Origin: Octopus sinensis
Lineage: Eukaryota
Reading direction: 5' to 3'
DNA: 64,000 bases
NCBI RefSeq assembly: GCF_006345805.1
Contig: NC_043008.1
Coordinates: forward strand, 68,138,001 to 68,202,000
The notes below the pieces were generated by a model that saw only the letters and a program-made list of their open reading frames with translations, ran no database searches and was not told the origin of the DNA. Positions 1-12,602 of the stretch are shown piece after piece. The number at the start of each line of letters is the position of its first letter. Positions within the stretch are counted from its first letter, which is position 1. Both the position numbers and the translations under genes were made by a program.

Positions 1-621
1 CCTGAAATTGTCGGGTGTCCTAACTATGTCCGTTACATGGATTTTGTTTACTCTCTAACGTCGTTATATAAATGCCAAGTAATAATAATCCCATGTTCCC
101 ACTTCTAGGGTCTACATAGGCAGCACCATTGATTTCAAGCGCCGCTACCGGGTTCACTTGAAGTTATTCTTAAATAGAGCCTCTAAACTCTCTACCTCTT
201 TAGCTGTATATGTACACCACCTCGAGTCCCAGAGCATTCCCTGCACCTTACCCTATCTGTAGTTTGTAGGGCTCCCCGTACAACACTAACCATCGTGTTT
301 GTAAGTTATGTTGCAGGAAATCCCTCGCTGGTCTTTGCAATCATAATACCTCGTTACTCAGTAGATTTTCTGATATAATCTTCACGTGTAAATACAAATT
401 TTATTTCACATTTGCTCATTACATAAAGTCTATGATTTGTCCTATTTGCAAATAAAACTCTACTTATTATTTAGCACCATTTTCTTTCTCTTTTTCTCCT
501 TGTACCATATGCTCATTATTTCAACATACTTTATTCCTCCGCTACTCCCACACTTACTATTCACCTTCCTTGCTTATTTCTTCTAGCCCTTCTGTCTGGT
601 CAGCTGCCATTTTATTTTCGT

Positions 622-918
622 TATTAACTGTCCTCGCGACCCCCTTCGTATCTACGATGGGGCCATGAACTATACGGTGAAAATCCAGAGTTACTAGTGG
701 TCAGTGAATTTTTAATAAAAATGCGAAGGTGGTTTATCAATTCAAAAATCGATATCCACGAAATAATCATACTTTCTGATATTTCAATACTAAAAACCTC
801 CCTGACGATCGTCTTTGTAAACCCGAAAAATATCGTAATCACTGGTCCAGTCGTCTGGCCGAGAAGAGGCAACAGACAAAAAGACGAACAGACGGATATA
901 ACGCCCATTATAGTAAGA
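622..918 (-). mobile_element. Possible non-autonomous Helitron
   Basis: The - strand starts A|TCTTACTATAAT (Helitron-type 5' end) and has a GC-rich hairpin near the other end (cccc-ttcg...cga-gggg); no clean CTAG terminus. Confidence 0.3.
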
Positions 919-2195
919 TTATGATTATTACGTGACTCTGAGCTTCCTGAAACAGCTGTCGAGTTACGAAATTACATATTTTCATATTTTTCAGTATTTT
1001 TCTTTTGCCCTCTGTGTAAATATGTTTGTGTATTAATAAATGTAGATGCATGTATTTGTGTGTGTGTGTGTGTGTGTGAAGCCTAATTGTTTATCTGTAT
1101 TGCTCCCTCTATATCAGCCCATTTGGGATTTCTTTTACGGCCACTCTTGAAACCTTGGGTTTCGCCCTGAATGAAGAATTCGCAAGTTCAAATTTATTTG
1201 ATCACTACGATGTCTTTTCTAAATTGAGCTTATGTAGCTCTCGTCTATTGTGTGTACACATTCACATAAGTAGATAGATAGATATAGCAATCTTAATTCA
1301 TCTAATTGAGACATTTAATTACTGAGAATGGACGAATCAACAGGTAGTATGCGTGTTTTTATACTTATGAAAGAGATGAGAAATAACGTCGACAAGTTAT
1401 TTATAACTTAATATAACTTGTTTGCGCGTGGATGTATGTATCTATTTGTCTGTTTGGGAATTTGTATGTGTGTGTGTGTGTATGAAAGGGAGAGGGAGTA
1501 CGGTTTGAGTTATATCTAAGTACAACTTTTATATAAATATATACATAAATGTAGGTATATATGTGTACATTTTCCTTTATTTCGTTCGCTATTTAAGTCT
1601 ATGTAAGCATAGTAATGTTTAGCCATACGTAATTAAAGTGAGCGTAACTTGAATTATTATGGCCATTATAATACGTTCAATTAATCTAGACTAGATCCGT
1701 TTCGAGGAAAGGTAAACATCGTCGAACAATTATACAATTACCTACACACTACATAATACACAACTGTTTCATTTTTAAAAGTCCGTCCTGCTCCACTTCG
1801 CAGACATAAACAGCAACATTTTTAAAAGTTCGTTGCTTTCTTACTAATCTCTCTCCACCACCAACATTCTCCTATAGTCACCACTAAAACTTATTTCTAG
1901 ACACACAGAGACAATACAATGGAGAAAATGTGACGTCCCGACGGCCACACTACATTAAATATTATGGTAAACTATAGCATGTTTGTGTGTGTAGTGAGGT
2001 GTTCATTATGGATTTTTAAGATATCATCTACTGGCCGTCTCTGTGAGGACTGACCTGAGGGTAAAACGACTACATGCCTCATTAACGAGTGTGTTTTGAG
2101 TGTTTTCACGTTAATATATGCTTACGTAAATGCACACGTGGAACATAGCTATAGCTATATGCATGTGCGTATGTATGTATGTATGTATGTATCTA

Positions 2196-2234
<39 letters not shown>

Positions 2235-2668
2235 CTGTAGATATAATATGTGACAATTATTCGGTAGCCATGATAAAACTCCGAGTTTCACAACTTGTTC
2301 TTATTTTCAGAATTTTCAGAAAACATTTGCGAATTTGCCTTCTTCACACGGGAATTCATAGGATTATGAAAAAATAAAAAATTATGCGTGATTTAAGGAC
2401 AATTTAGCTGTTATTCTTAGCACATCCCACGACCACCTGATACCGCCCTCATTTCTTTGTCACTCTGATACGTATTGATGTTTTTTCAATATTTTTCTCT
2501 CGATTAACCCATTTAATGGAGTGGTGATGCACCCAAGGGTGATCGACTACTTAAACCAGAATTCCGCCTATTTATATATACATGTACCATCTAATTCAAT
2601 TCCCGAGCCATGGTTTCTGACTTATTTCAGTAAAATAAAATTTACTGAGGCCGTCTTCTTCATATTTA

Positions 2669-2899
2669 GATGGCGAGCTGGCAGAAACGTTAGCACGCCG
2701 GGCGAAATGCTTAGCCGCATTTCGTCTGCCGTTACGTTCTGGGTTCAAATTCCGCTGAGGTCGACTTTGCCTTTCATCCTTTCGGGGTCGATAAATTAAG
2801 TACCAGTTACGCACTGGGGTCGATGAAATCGACTTAATCTGTTTGTCTGTCCTTGTTTGTCCTCTCTGTGTTTAGCCCCTTGTGGATAGTAAAGAAATA
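2669..2899 (+). mobile_element. SINE family II (ggcgagctggcagaaacgttagcacg...), near full length
   Basis: Near-identical copy at 28254-28485; many degraded copies elsewhere in the window. Confidence 0.8.
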
Positions 2900-3459
2900 T
2901 ATATATGCACACACACATATGCTTGTATGTATGAATGTATGTATAGCACACCTACTACTTTGTTTCCTCATAACTTTCAGAAAAATCAATATTTTTTAAT
3001 GAAAATTTCGACGGAATTTAATGTGGAAAACAAAAACATGATGAACACGCACACATACACATTGACATGGTGGTCGTACACACACAAATACTGACATGCA
3101 TCACATATATATGTGATGCATATCAGTATTTGTGTGTGTGCGACGTCCATTTTTTATTCTACCAAATTAAATTCCGACATAATCGCAATCTATGTCATCT
3201 GTAAAGTTTCTGTAGAATATTTCACTGAATATTTCGTTTTTGGATTTGGTTTGCAAGATTCTTTATGTGAGTTCGTGTGTTGAAGCATATTCTGTTGTGT
3301 CTGGGTGGAGTCATTTTCTTTCTGTGCCTTATAATTTAACACACTCACGGGTAAAATTTCCAATTATTCCTTATTTTTCTTTTCCTAAAATTTTCGTTGC
3401 GTCTTGCAAACCTTTTCAATAGTCTTGACTCTGTCCGTTATTTACACTTTTTGTTTGTG

Positions 3460-3830
3460 CGCCTGTGTGGGGGTCAGTGTGTGTGTGCCTATGCATGCAT
3501 GCATGTATGTGTGTGTGTGTGCCTATGCATGCATGCATGTATGTATATTTGTATATATATGTGTGTGTGTGTGCATATGTATATATGTATGTATGTGTGC
3601 ATCTGTATGTGTGTATTCTGCATATTCATGTGCTTACATGTCCGTGTTTGTGTATTTTTATGTATATGTGTGTGTGTGTGTGAGTGTGTGTTTGTATATG
3701 TATGCACCTCTGTCTCCTCGTGTGTGCATGTCTGTGTGTGTGTGTTTTGCAACTACGTACCATGTTTGTATGTATGGATGTGCATCTCCATATGTGTGGA
3801 CACGTGTCTCCATATGTGTCCTTGTGTAAA
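3460..3830. repeat. Degenerate (TG/TATG)n microsatellite tract
   Basis: Directly visible; source of spurious C/V/M-rich ORFs. Confidence 0.9.
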
Positions 3831-4059
3831 ATAAAGTCTGTGTATATATGGTCATGTGTTTCAGTCTCCATTTGCGTATGTGTACTTGTCTGTTCATATA
3901 ACCTATGTACCTATCCGTCTGTATGTCGATCTGTTTATTTTCATATCCATATGCTTACATACATGTGCATATACACATATATACCCACACACACACACAT
4001 ACATGCATCTATCTACATAACAGCCCACTAACTATTCTACTCTACCTGTTGTAAACTGT

Positions 4060-5470
4060 GGGTATGGGGGTATGATATCTACTATGTATATTTCCTATTT
4101 AGTATTGGGGAAGTTTCATTTATAAGGACGTACTCCCGTATTTGTCTGAGTGTTGGGTCTTTTGGATGCTTGGATAAGATGCGGATGTCAAGTTGGTTCA
4201 AGTTGCCTCCATGGTGGTCTTTGGCATGTTGGTAGAGTATGGAGGACTGTTTTTTGTCGTCATATTGTCTCAGATGTTTATTTATCCGTTCCGCAATGCT
4301 CCTAGATGTCTCCCCTATGTATGTCATGTTCATGTCTTTACAAGCACCTCCTATGCATCTTATGCTGTAAACTACATTTCGAGTTCTACAGTTAATGTCA
4401 GGGCTAATCCTAAATACCATGCAGTTATCATTGGTGCATACGGTATTCTCAAAGGGGTACGTCCTACATAGTTGTGATCTGACGGAGTTCCTTGGCTTTT
4501 CAACAATCTTAATGTTGAGTTTGGTCTCCTTCAGAGCTTTTCTAAATCTACGGGCTAGTTCTCTATTGGTTGTGGCCTCTACAAACATCACTCCTTCATA
4601 TTTGTCGGTTTTATACTACGTGTTCGCCCTGTTTGCTTTGTCACAAGTTCTTTGTATCCTATTCTATTCCTTGTTTCTCTATCTATGGCAGGTACCACTT
4701 GTACCATTACGTAAATATTGTCTAATTTCTTTCTAGCTCCCCTGTATACTCGAACCCTATCTTTCTGATCATATCCAGAGAACTGCATGCGGTGCACGAA
4801 GTTCTGTATGTGTTTTTTCGTTTCATAGGGTTCGCATAGTGAAGGCACATTGTTCATTATTCTAACCAAGTCTGCTCAGTATGTTAATTTTCATGTGTGA
4901 CAAGAACTTAGCTTTGATGCACTCTGTTGTTCACAGTCTCTAACCAAAGTTCAGTATCAAGTACAGGGAGTCTATTGTTGGGGTGCTTAGTGGGGTAATT
5001 TATAGTTACCTTGATACTTTGGTGGATGGAGTTAGCTATTTGCTGGATGCTCTCCATTACGTTCTACTCAGGTTCTACATTACCGTCACTAGAGTTGGTC
5101 CTATGATATTAATGACATCTACATATCTACTGTAGAGTAGAAGAGTTGTGGACTGTTCTGCTAACATTTGTTAAGTTTTCTGTCCCTCGAGGTCATGAAG
5201 AGGCCAGCCACATCTCCAGCTATACCTACACCAATGGCTGCACCTTGAACCTGCATGTATAGTTTTTTTGTTAAACTTTACTATGTGGTTTTACACTAGC
5301 TCGTATTGCATGTGCAATCATTTCTTTCATCTGATTGTTGTTCTCGGAGTTTTGGGTGGGTGCGATCCATCCACTCCAGCGCTCTGTGGTGCTTTTCTTC
5401 ACTGCTGAAGTGATGGTGGGTGGTCTTCCCCTCTGTGACCTGTTGGGGCAGAATCTACTGAGGTCATGGT
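4060..5470 (-). mobile_element. Decayed Penelope-like retroelement (RT + GIY-YIG endonuclease)
   Basis: ORF 4082-4591 has VVYSIRC...YIGETSRS..R..H (GIY-YIG). Upstream frames give KLYMQVQGAAIGVGIAGDVAGLFM and LYSRYVDV (RT, YxDD mutated). Frameshifts and stops are present. Confidence 0.85.
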
Positions 5471-5616
5471 CATCTAAATAGTTACTGAATAATATCCCTT
5501 ACTCTGAAAGTTACGAGGAAACAAAGTCGGGAGCACTCGTATGCAGGCAATCTCTTCACCCTGAAGACGAGGCCTGATTTACCGTAATGTTTATATGCAT
5601 TCACTACTCGTCGCAT

Positions 5617-6000
5617 GTGGAGGCGCAATGGCCCAGTGGTTAGGGCAGCGGACTCGCGGTCATAGGATCGCGGTTTCGATTCCCAGACCGGGCGTTGTGA
5701 GTGTTTATTGAGCGAAAACACCTAAAGCTCCACGAGGCTCCGGCAGGGGATGGTGGTGATCCCTGTTGTACTCTTTCACCACAACTTTCTCTCACTCTTA
5801 CTTCCTGTTTCTGTTGTACCTGTATTTCAAAGGGCCGGCCTTGTCACTTTCTGTGTCACGCTGAATATCCCCGAGAACTACGTTAAGGGTACACGTGTCT
5901 GTGGAGTGCTCAGCCACTTACACGTTAATTTCACGAGCAGGCTGTTCCGTTGATTCGGATCAACCGGAACCCTCGTCGTCGTAACCGACGGAGTGCTTCC
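5617..6000 (+). mobile_element. tRNA-derived SINE with 11-bp TSD
   Basis: A/B-box-like head (tggcccagtggttagg...ggtttcgattcc); ACTCGTCGCAT on both sides (5606-5616, 6001-6011). Confidence 0.85.
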
Positions 6001-6552
6001 ACTCGTCGCATACTCTTGACTTTGTGCGAACTCCATCTGCCAACAATGCGTAATTCCGAGCCCCATCCCACCAAAAAAAAAAAAAAAAAAAAACAGCTTG
6101 TCGGATTTGTAATACTATACCTTCTCCCCTTAATTTTCTGTGTCTTTGTACTCTGTGTAAATCTATTCTGTTACTATAGAAATATCTATATATTTATACA
6201 CGAGTGTTCATTGTCTGAATATTTTAAGTCTTTGTTTCTTTCTATTTGCATGTGTGCATATTTTATTTATCAAGTCCAAGCTTGTTTATTTGTTTACTTG
6301 CATCATTATCTCTATATCAACTCACCTGGAGTCTTCTTGTAGCCACACGGACTTAGTTCTCGGTAAAGATTTCGGAGTGTAAGTTCAAATCATTTGAGCG
6401 CTACTGTGGTCTATATCAAGGTTTTCAACTTTGGGCTTGAGGCCCACTAGTGGGTCTGGGAAAATTATAAGAGTGCCTGAGAAAATTTTGAGAGGGCCTT
6501 ACAAATTTTCTGGATTAGAAACAAGCTGTTTTTAGTATTTAATCTGTAGATT

Positions 6553-7410
6553 GTTGAGGGAGCTGAGAAACCTCTCTAATGGCTATTGAGGTACGCTTGC
6601 AGCGTTGCCGCGGCTATGGTGAGGCTGATGCGTTGGAACAGTGAAGCGCCCTCACGAGCCTCACTAGTTACCTCTGCAAGGTGAGTTGCCAGTGAAGACA
6701 GGAATCTCGCAGTTAGTGGTCTGATACCACCAAACGTCTCGAACGCCACAGGATGGACAATGTAGTTGGCCGACAGATCGCGGTATTTCAGGATTTTGTT
6801 CCGCTCGGCCGCAGAAGCTGTGTATCTCTCCCTGACCGCAGCATCCAGGATGTGAGAAGCAAAGGAATCGCTGTGACATCCCAAACAAGGCATCTGCCTT
6901 GCGGCCAGGAGCACAGGGTGGGGCCGTCAGGTCTCTTCCCATCACATCTGGACAGTCCAGATGGTTCCAAGATGGAGGGGATGTTTGCCCGGGCCAAGCT
7001 CCTCTTGAGTATCAGGTTCAACTCCGTATGACGCGCGAAGCGACCAGTATTCAAGCGGCAAGAATGGAGGCCTGTGGAGTCGAGGAGCCTACCACAACGA
7101 CAGATCAAACCCGTGCAATGGAGACACGAAGTTCGTCCAAGCTGAGTAGGCCACAGGGATGGCATAAATTCAGTCACCTGAGTATTTAGCGCTAGCAGAC
7201 AGTAAGCGGTACTTTGAAAACTGGCCCGACTGGAGTCGAAGGTGGCCTTCGAAATTATGCTGTCCCAGGAAGGATGAAATCGCCTTTCTGATGTTATCAG
7301 AGGTGAAGACGGGTCTCAAGTGTTCTAGGGGATCGGGCCAGTTTAGCTGATTATCAGGGAGCGCCGGTGGGTGCTTCTCTTTCAGACGTCTAAGAGACTC
7401 AGTCACACGG
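6553..7410 (-). mobile_element. Internally deleted CRE-clade non-LTR retrotransposon (RLE end plus pre-RT fragment)
   Basis: CRCG..GLH.SC..GRFARH zinc knuckle, KRPDG..WD RLE motif, PVAFETFG, LFQRISL. 7190-7410 encodes the LKEKHP...AISSF segment that precedes RT in this family; the RT itself is absent. Confidence 0.8.
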
Positions 7411-7413
7411 AGT

Positions 7414-7870
7414 GGACGCAGCGGTCAGGACGAGATACACAGCTTCTGCGACCGAGCGGAACAAAATCCTGAAATACCGCGATCTGTCGGCCAACTACAT
7501 TTTCCATCCTGTGGCGTTCCGTTCGAGACGTTTGGTGGGATCAGACCACTAACTGCGAGATTCTTGTCTTCACTGGCAACTCGCCTTGCAGAGGTAACTA
7601 GTGAGGCTCGTGAGGGCGCTTCACTGTTCCAACGCATCAGCCTCGCCATCACCTGCGGCAACGCTGCAAGCGTGCCTCAATAGTCATTAAAGAGGTTTCC
7701 CAGTGCCCCCAACTTTTCAACTCAAGGTGTGAATTGTTTGTTTTTTTTTTTAATCTTGTTTCTCTCTTTTTTCTTTTCTCTTTTTAATTCTTTTCAATTG
7801 TGTTCTCTGTTTTGTCCAATTTTCTAATTTAATGTTGTAAAACGATAAACACTGTGAAGGCAATAAAATT
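7414..7870 (+). mobile_element. Second CRE 3' end in opposite orientation, with 3'UTR
   Basis: 7414-7713 is the reverse complement of 6553-6846 with few mismatches; followed by a T-rich UTR and AATAAA near 7862. Confidence 0.8.
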
Positions 7871-9452
7871 TATTTCTCTGTATTATTATGTAAAAAAAAA
7901 ATTTGTATTCGAAAACGTAACAAATGTTTATCTCGAAACGTTACAAACGTAACAACGCATAAATTTTGTCAAACGCGTACGTGTCCACCACGAACATAAC
8001 AATTTTGACAACGCTGGTCTTGACTGAATATTTTTCTCTGATAAACGCCACTACAGTTATCAGATGATTTGCAGTTTGCCCTAATGCTCAATATAGAATC
8101 TATATTGAGCATCTCTGGATCTCATCTGTTAATTCTCTCTATCTCTCTCCCTCCCTCTCTCTACATACCTATACATGTATCCCCTTCCCTCATTACGTCT
8201 AGAAAAAAAGGAATAGTTTTTAATGAAATGTTCTACAAATACGCTCCAGATGGTGCAGATCACGAATATATCGACATTTAATATGTAACACAAAATTGGT
8301 GGACACATACATATTCATACTGACACACATCACAGTCTGTTTTCGAAATTTCAAGTTTCATTTTATAGATAGGTGATGCGTGTCAGTATGTATGTTGTGC
8401 GAGCTCGCCTAATTTTATATACACACACTAAATTCCGATATAATCGTTATCTGCACACCCTGAAGGGTACTCTTTGAAAATTTCATAAAAAATTACTCAT
8501 TATTCTGAAAGTTATGAGGAAATAAAGCCGACTCGTGTCCAAAACCCACCCTTGGGGGGAAAAAATTTGTTTTTCACCACAAATTTCGATATAATCGAAT
8601 CTACACCATCTGAAACGTATTTGTAGAAAATTTCTAATATTGATATATAAGGCCAACAGTTTTGGATGGAGGGGCCAAATTAATACCATCTATCTGAGCA
8701 CTTGATTGGGATTTTATTGATTCCGTGGGGATGAAAAACAATATTGACCTCAGTGAGATTTGAACCCAGGATGTAAAAAAATAAAAAAACTGTTTGAAAT
8801 ATCCCATGGTGTATTTTCCGATGCGCAAAAGCTCCAGCCACCTCGCTAAGAGTAATAATGATATCTATTATTTCTCTCTTCTGTATAAGGCCCTATATGT
8901 TCTTTTTGTAGGAGGGGTATTGTTAATAAAATTGGCGCTAATACTTCACTGATATCTTATTTTATCGGCGTCCGAAGGATGAAGAGCAAAGTGAACCCGA
9001 ATGTGATTTGAATTCAAAACATTAAGTAGCTCAGGTAAATTCGACGAAGCAGTTTGAGTTGCTCTTTCCACTTTCTGCCTTCTTAACAATTTATGTAGTC
9101 AGCAAGCGAGCTATGGAAATTGTAGTCGATTAACATCGATCGACATTGTATTATTGAGATGCTGATACTCGGAAAGGATGAAATAAGTTCATTTTGATCG
9201 TTATTAGAGTTAGAGGAGAAGTAGAAAGGTACAAAAGAATAATAAACTGCAAGATAGTTCAGTCTTATTTTCATATATGGCGGTGTAACGAAAGTTTTGG
9301 TTCAAGCAGCTTATAAACACACACACAAACGTAGTTGCACAGAGTACATCATCATTAGGCTTATCATCAAAAAGTACATAACAAATGTTCATATGAATTA
9401 ATGAATTAGTAGACTTTAGTCTATCAGTATTCTGATATGCATATATATATAT

Positions 9453-10077
9453 AGGTACTACTTAAGATGAGTGGTCCCGGTGCGCGTACTCCCGCATCCG
9501 CGCTGGCTAGTCGTGACTAGTCGATCTTACAACGTCTACCGAGCAAAATAAAACACAAAATAAATAATTTTTGGATCTTTTCGGTTTGAACGGCAGTTTT
9601 TAACATAATTTCTAGGTAACTAAAAAATTTTAAACGTCGTATACTGGTAGAATCTGTTTATAAAACATCATTTTCTCTTGGCCTTCTTGAGAAAATTCGA
9701 TAGTTTGTAACATATTTCGTCTTTAATTTCTTGCATTTCGGCAGTTTTAATCAATCACTGGCGTCCATTGAGGTAAACAACATTCTGTGCCGTATGAATA
9801 TGTCCCTCGTTTAAGAAACACATTGGGTTTATTTACATTTATGAAGAAAAAAAGATACCCTTCCCCCACCCCTAACCCTAACTCTAAAACAGATTGAAAT
9901 GCAATAGATCGATTCTAGGGTCATAATTATGGGTGACAATTTCATATGACACCGCTAGAAAAAATGGCAATTTTTTTACACAAAGTAAATAAAACAAAAA
10001 CACAAAGTAAGGATTGACTAGTCACTACTAGCTTGTGCGAGTGCGCGCACCGGGACCACTCTTTTTAAGTAGAACCT
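9453..10077. mobile_element. MITE with about 70-bp TIRs inserted in (TA)n
   Basis: aggtactacttaagatgagtggtcccggtgcgcg... pairs with ...cgcgcaccgggaccactctttttaagtagaacct; TA repeats on both sides. Confidence 0.75.
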
Positions 10078-10662
10078 ATATATATATATATGCGCATATT
10101 TATTTTATAGAAACAAGAAGCTATGACAGAATAACTCAATACAATATATTTATCATATTTATATCGACAGTAACTTCGAAATTAAACGTATATGTGACTT
10201 ATTTCTGAAATCTGTATGTCCTGTGTAACTTTGAAGGTACTCATTTGATAATCAAAAATTAAAAATTTGCAAAAAACAAACCACTTTTTTTTTTTTACCA
10301 GAGACGGTTTAGTTTAAAGGATCAGAACTGCTGTATCCCTTGGTCTCTTCCTATATCTATCTATCTATCTATGGTAGACGGAAACTGAAAGAAGCCTGCT
10401 ACACATGTATATATGTATATGTGCTTTTGTTCCTTCTTGTATGTGTGTGTAGGTATGTGAATGTATTTGCATATGTATCTGTAATATATATATATATAAA
10501 TATATATATATATGGATGAATGAATTATCCTTTGTTTACAGTTACCACGGAAACTTCAGTAAACAGTTCCCAGGGTAGCAAAATTCACACAAGTAACAAA
10601 GATGTAGCGACCTATTCAAAGGTAGAAACCTCGGGTCAATATGCAGTAATTTGTATAGTATA

Positions 10663-10835
10663 AGTAAATAAATGGAGTTGAACGCAAGTGTTATTCAAAT
10701 TCTTTTACTTTTGACATATGTTTAAAAGACAACATTAGTTTTATTCTTTTGGAATAAAATCAATATTGTCTTCGAAACATATGTCAAAAGTAAAAGAATT
10801 TGAATAACACCTGCGTTCAAGTCCATTTATTTACT
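10663..10835. repeat. Foldback palindrome, about 85-bp arms
   Basis: agtaaataaatggagttgaacgc...gacatatgttt versus aaacatatgtc...gcgttcaagtccatttatttact. Confidence 0.85.
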
Positions 10836-10928
10836 CATATATATATATATATATATATATATTGATAAAATGGTAAGATAACAAAAGAAAGAAAGAGACC
10901 TCAATATTATGTAAATAGAGGAAATTTA

Positions 10929-11973
10929 TCTACACAATATGTTACATTACTCGGTAGTCAAGATAAAACTCAGTTTCAGATGCCGAAGTGGAAATCCACA
11001 ACACCATCTCTTCGGTTATCTGGCTATTTGAAAACGTTATGAAAAAATACCGTTAAAAATTTACGCCCCCTTACTCACCCAAGGTGGCCTTCAATATAGG
11101 TAAATATTTCCTAGCACTGATAGATAGACATTTTCCAGTTAACCATGCTTATAGGAAACTCTTCAATAGACACAATTTAAAAATTAGTTTTAGTTCAACT
11201 ACCAATTTTAAAAACATAATCAATCATAACATACAAAAAACACAAGAAGAAAACAGCTGTTCATGCAGGAATAAAGAATTGTGCCCGCTAAATGGAGCTT
11301 GCATGTCCAAGACCATCATATATGAAGCTACCGTAAACTCTATAACCACTAAAGACACCGTTTCGACGAAATACGTGGGCCTGACCGAGGTTCAATAACC
11401 ACACTTTGAGCTTTAGGCACTGGAACAAAAGAAAAGCGACACAATTATCCAATCATATTTGGTCTTTAAGAGATAAAGGTGTCGATTATAACATACAATG
11501 GAAGATTTTGGCCAGATGTAAGCCCTATACTAACGGCAGCGGAAGGTGCGGTTTATGCGACATGGAGAGATGGCTTATCTGGAAAAGCAGCTTAGACCCT
11601 ACCACATGTCTAAATACAAGGACAGAGCTTTTCGGATCATGCCCACATGTGACTAAATTTCTGTTACGTTTTTGGTCCCCTAAAGAAAACGGATAGAACA
11701 TGCTTTCTGTGTTATGTCCCAAGAAGATTTTATATATTTTTATATTTTTATGTATTTTTATATAATTTTTATGACGAAAAAATGCGAGCGATGTATAAGT
11801 ACGCAGGCAAAGCAGAGTTATAACAGAGTAATTTCCCTTCATTTTTAACGGTATTTTTTCATAACGTTTTCAAATAGCCAGATAACCGAAGAGATGGTGT
11901 TGTGGATTTCCACTTCGGCATCTGAAACTCAGAGTTTTATCTTGACTACCGAGTAATGTAACATATTGTATAG

Positions 11974-11974
<1 letters not shown>
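10929..11974 (+). mobile_element. Penelope-like GIY-YIG fragment bracketed by about 130-bp inverted repeats
   Basis: CSCRNKELCPLNGAC..IIYEATV..YVGLTE and CGLC motifs in 11084-11696; arms 10929-11060 and 11841-11974 are near-perfect reverse complements. Confidence 0.85.
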
Positions 11975-12008
<34 letters not shown>

Positions 12009-12009
12009 T

Positions 12010-12141
12010 ATGAGAGGGATGACCAATATGTGGACAACCCTTATGCTAGAAGTAGATCCGCTATGGTCTTACCACTAAGAAATGTTCTCAAGGAAAATTT
12101 AACATAAGGGTTGTCCACATAGAGGTCATCCCTCTCATATG
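12010..12141. mobile_element. Small mariner-like MITE, about 38-bp TIRs
   Basis: atatgagagggatgacc..tatgtggacaacccttatg / cataagggttgtccacata..ggtcatccctctcatat; TA context. Confidence 0.65.
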
Positions 12142-12267
12142 TATATAATACAATTTACTGAACTTTCAGATTTTAATATGCTAGACCACTGGTGTTAAAT
12201 TGATGTTAATTAAATTAATATCCAATTTCTCACCCTCATTTTAAATTTTATATATATATATTCTAAA

Positions 12268-12588
12268 GACTCCGCCGGTTACGACGACGAGGGTCCCAGC
12301 TGATACGATCAACGGAACAGCCTGCTCGTGAAATTAACGTGCAAATGGCTGAGCATTCCACAGACACGTGTACCCTTAACTTAGTTCTCGGGGATAATCA
12401 GCGTGACACAGAGAGTGACAAGGCTGACCCTTTGAAATACAAGTACAACTCATTTTTGCCAGCTGAGTGGACTGGAGCAACGTGAAATAAAGTGTCTTGC
12501 TCAAGGACACAACGCGTCGCCGGGAATCGAACTCACAACCTTACGATCATGAGCCGAATGCCCTAACCACTAAGCCACACGCCCTCAC
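12268..12588 (-). mobile_element. tRNA-derived SINE with CORE-like centre; shares 3' tail with 5617-6000
   Basis: A/B boxes, gtgtccttgagcaagacac...ctccagtccactcagctg block, and a tail matching ~5826-5993. Confidence 0.8.
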
Positions 12589-12602
12589 ATATATATATAT
12601 AT

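Noticed and set aside
624-924. ORFs 624-908 and 697-924 as the missing first exon
   Set aside because: TTG/GTG starts, no donor of the required phase identified, and the region looks like a small Helitron.
5617-5695. tRNA gene (also the heads at ~12520-12588, ~37650-37725 and 18411)
   Set aside because: A/B boxes are present but there is no acceptor stem or terminator, and each continues into a SINE body.
9868-9884. Telomere-like CCCTAA run
   Set aside because: Only about two units, internal to a MITE.
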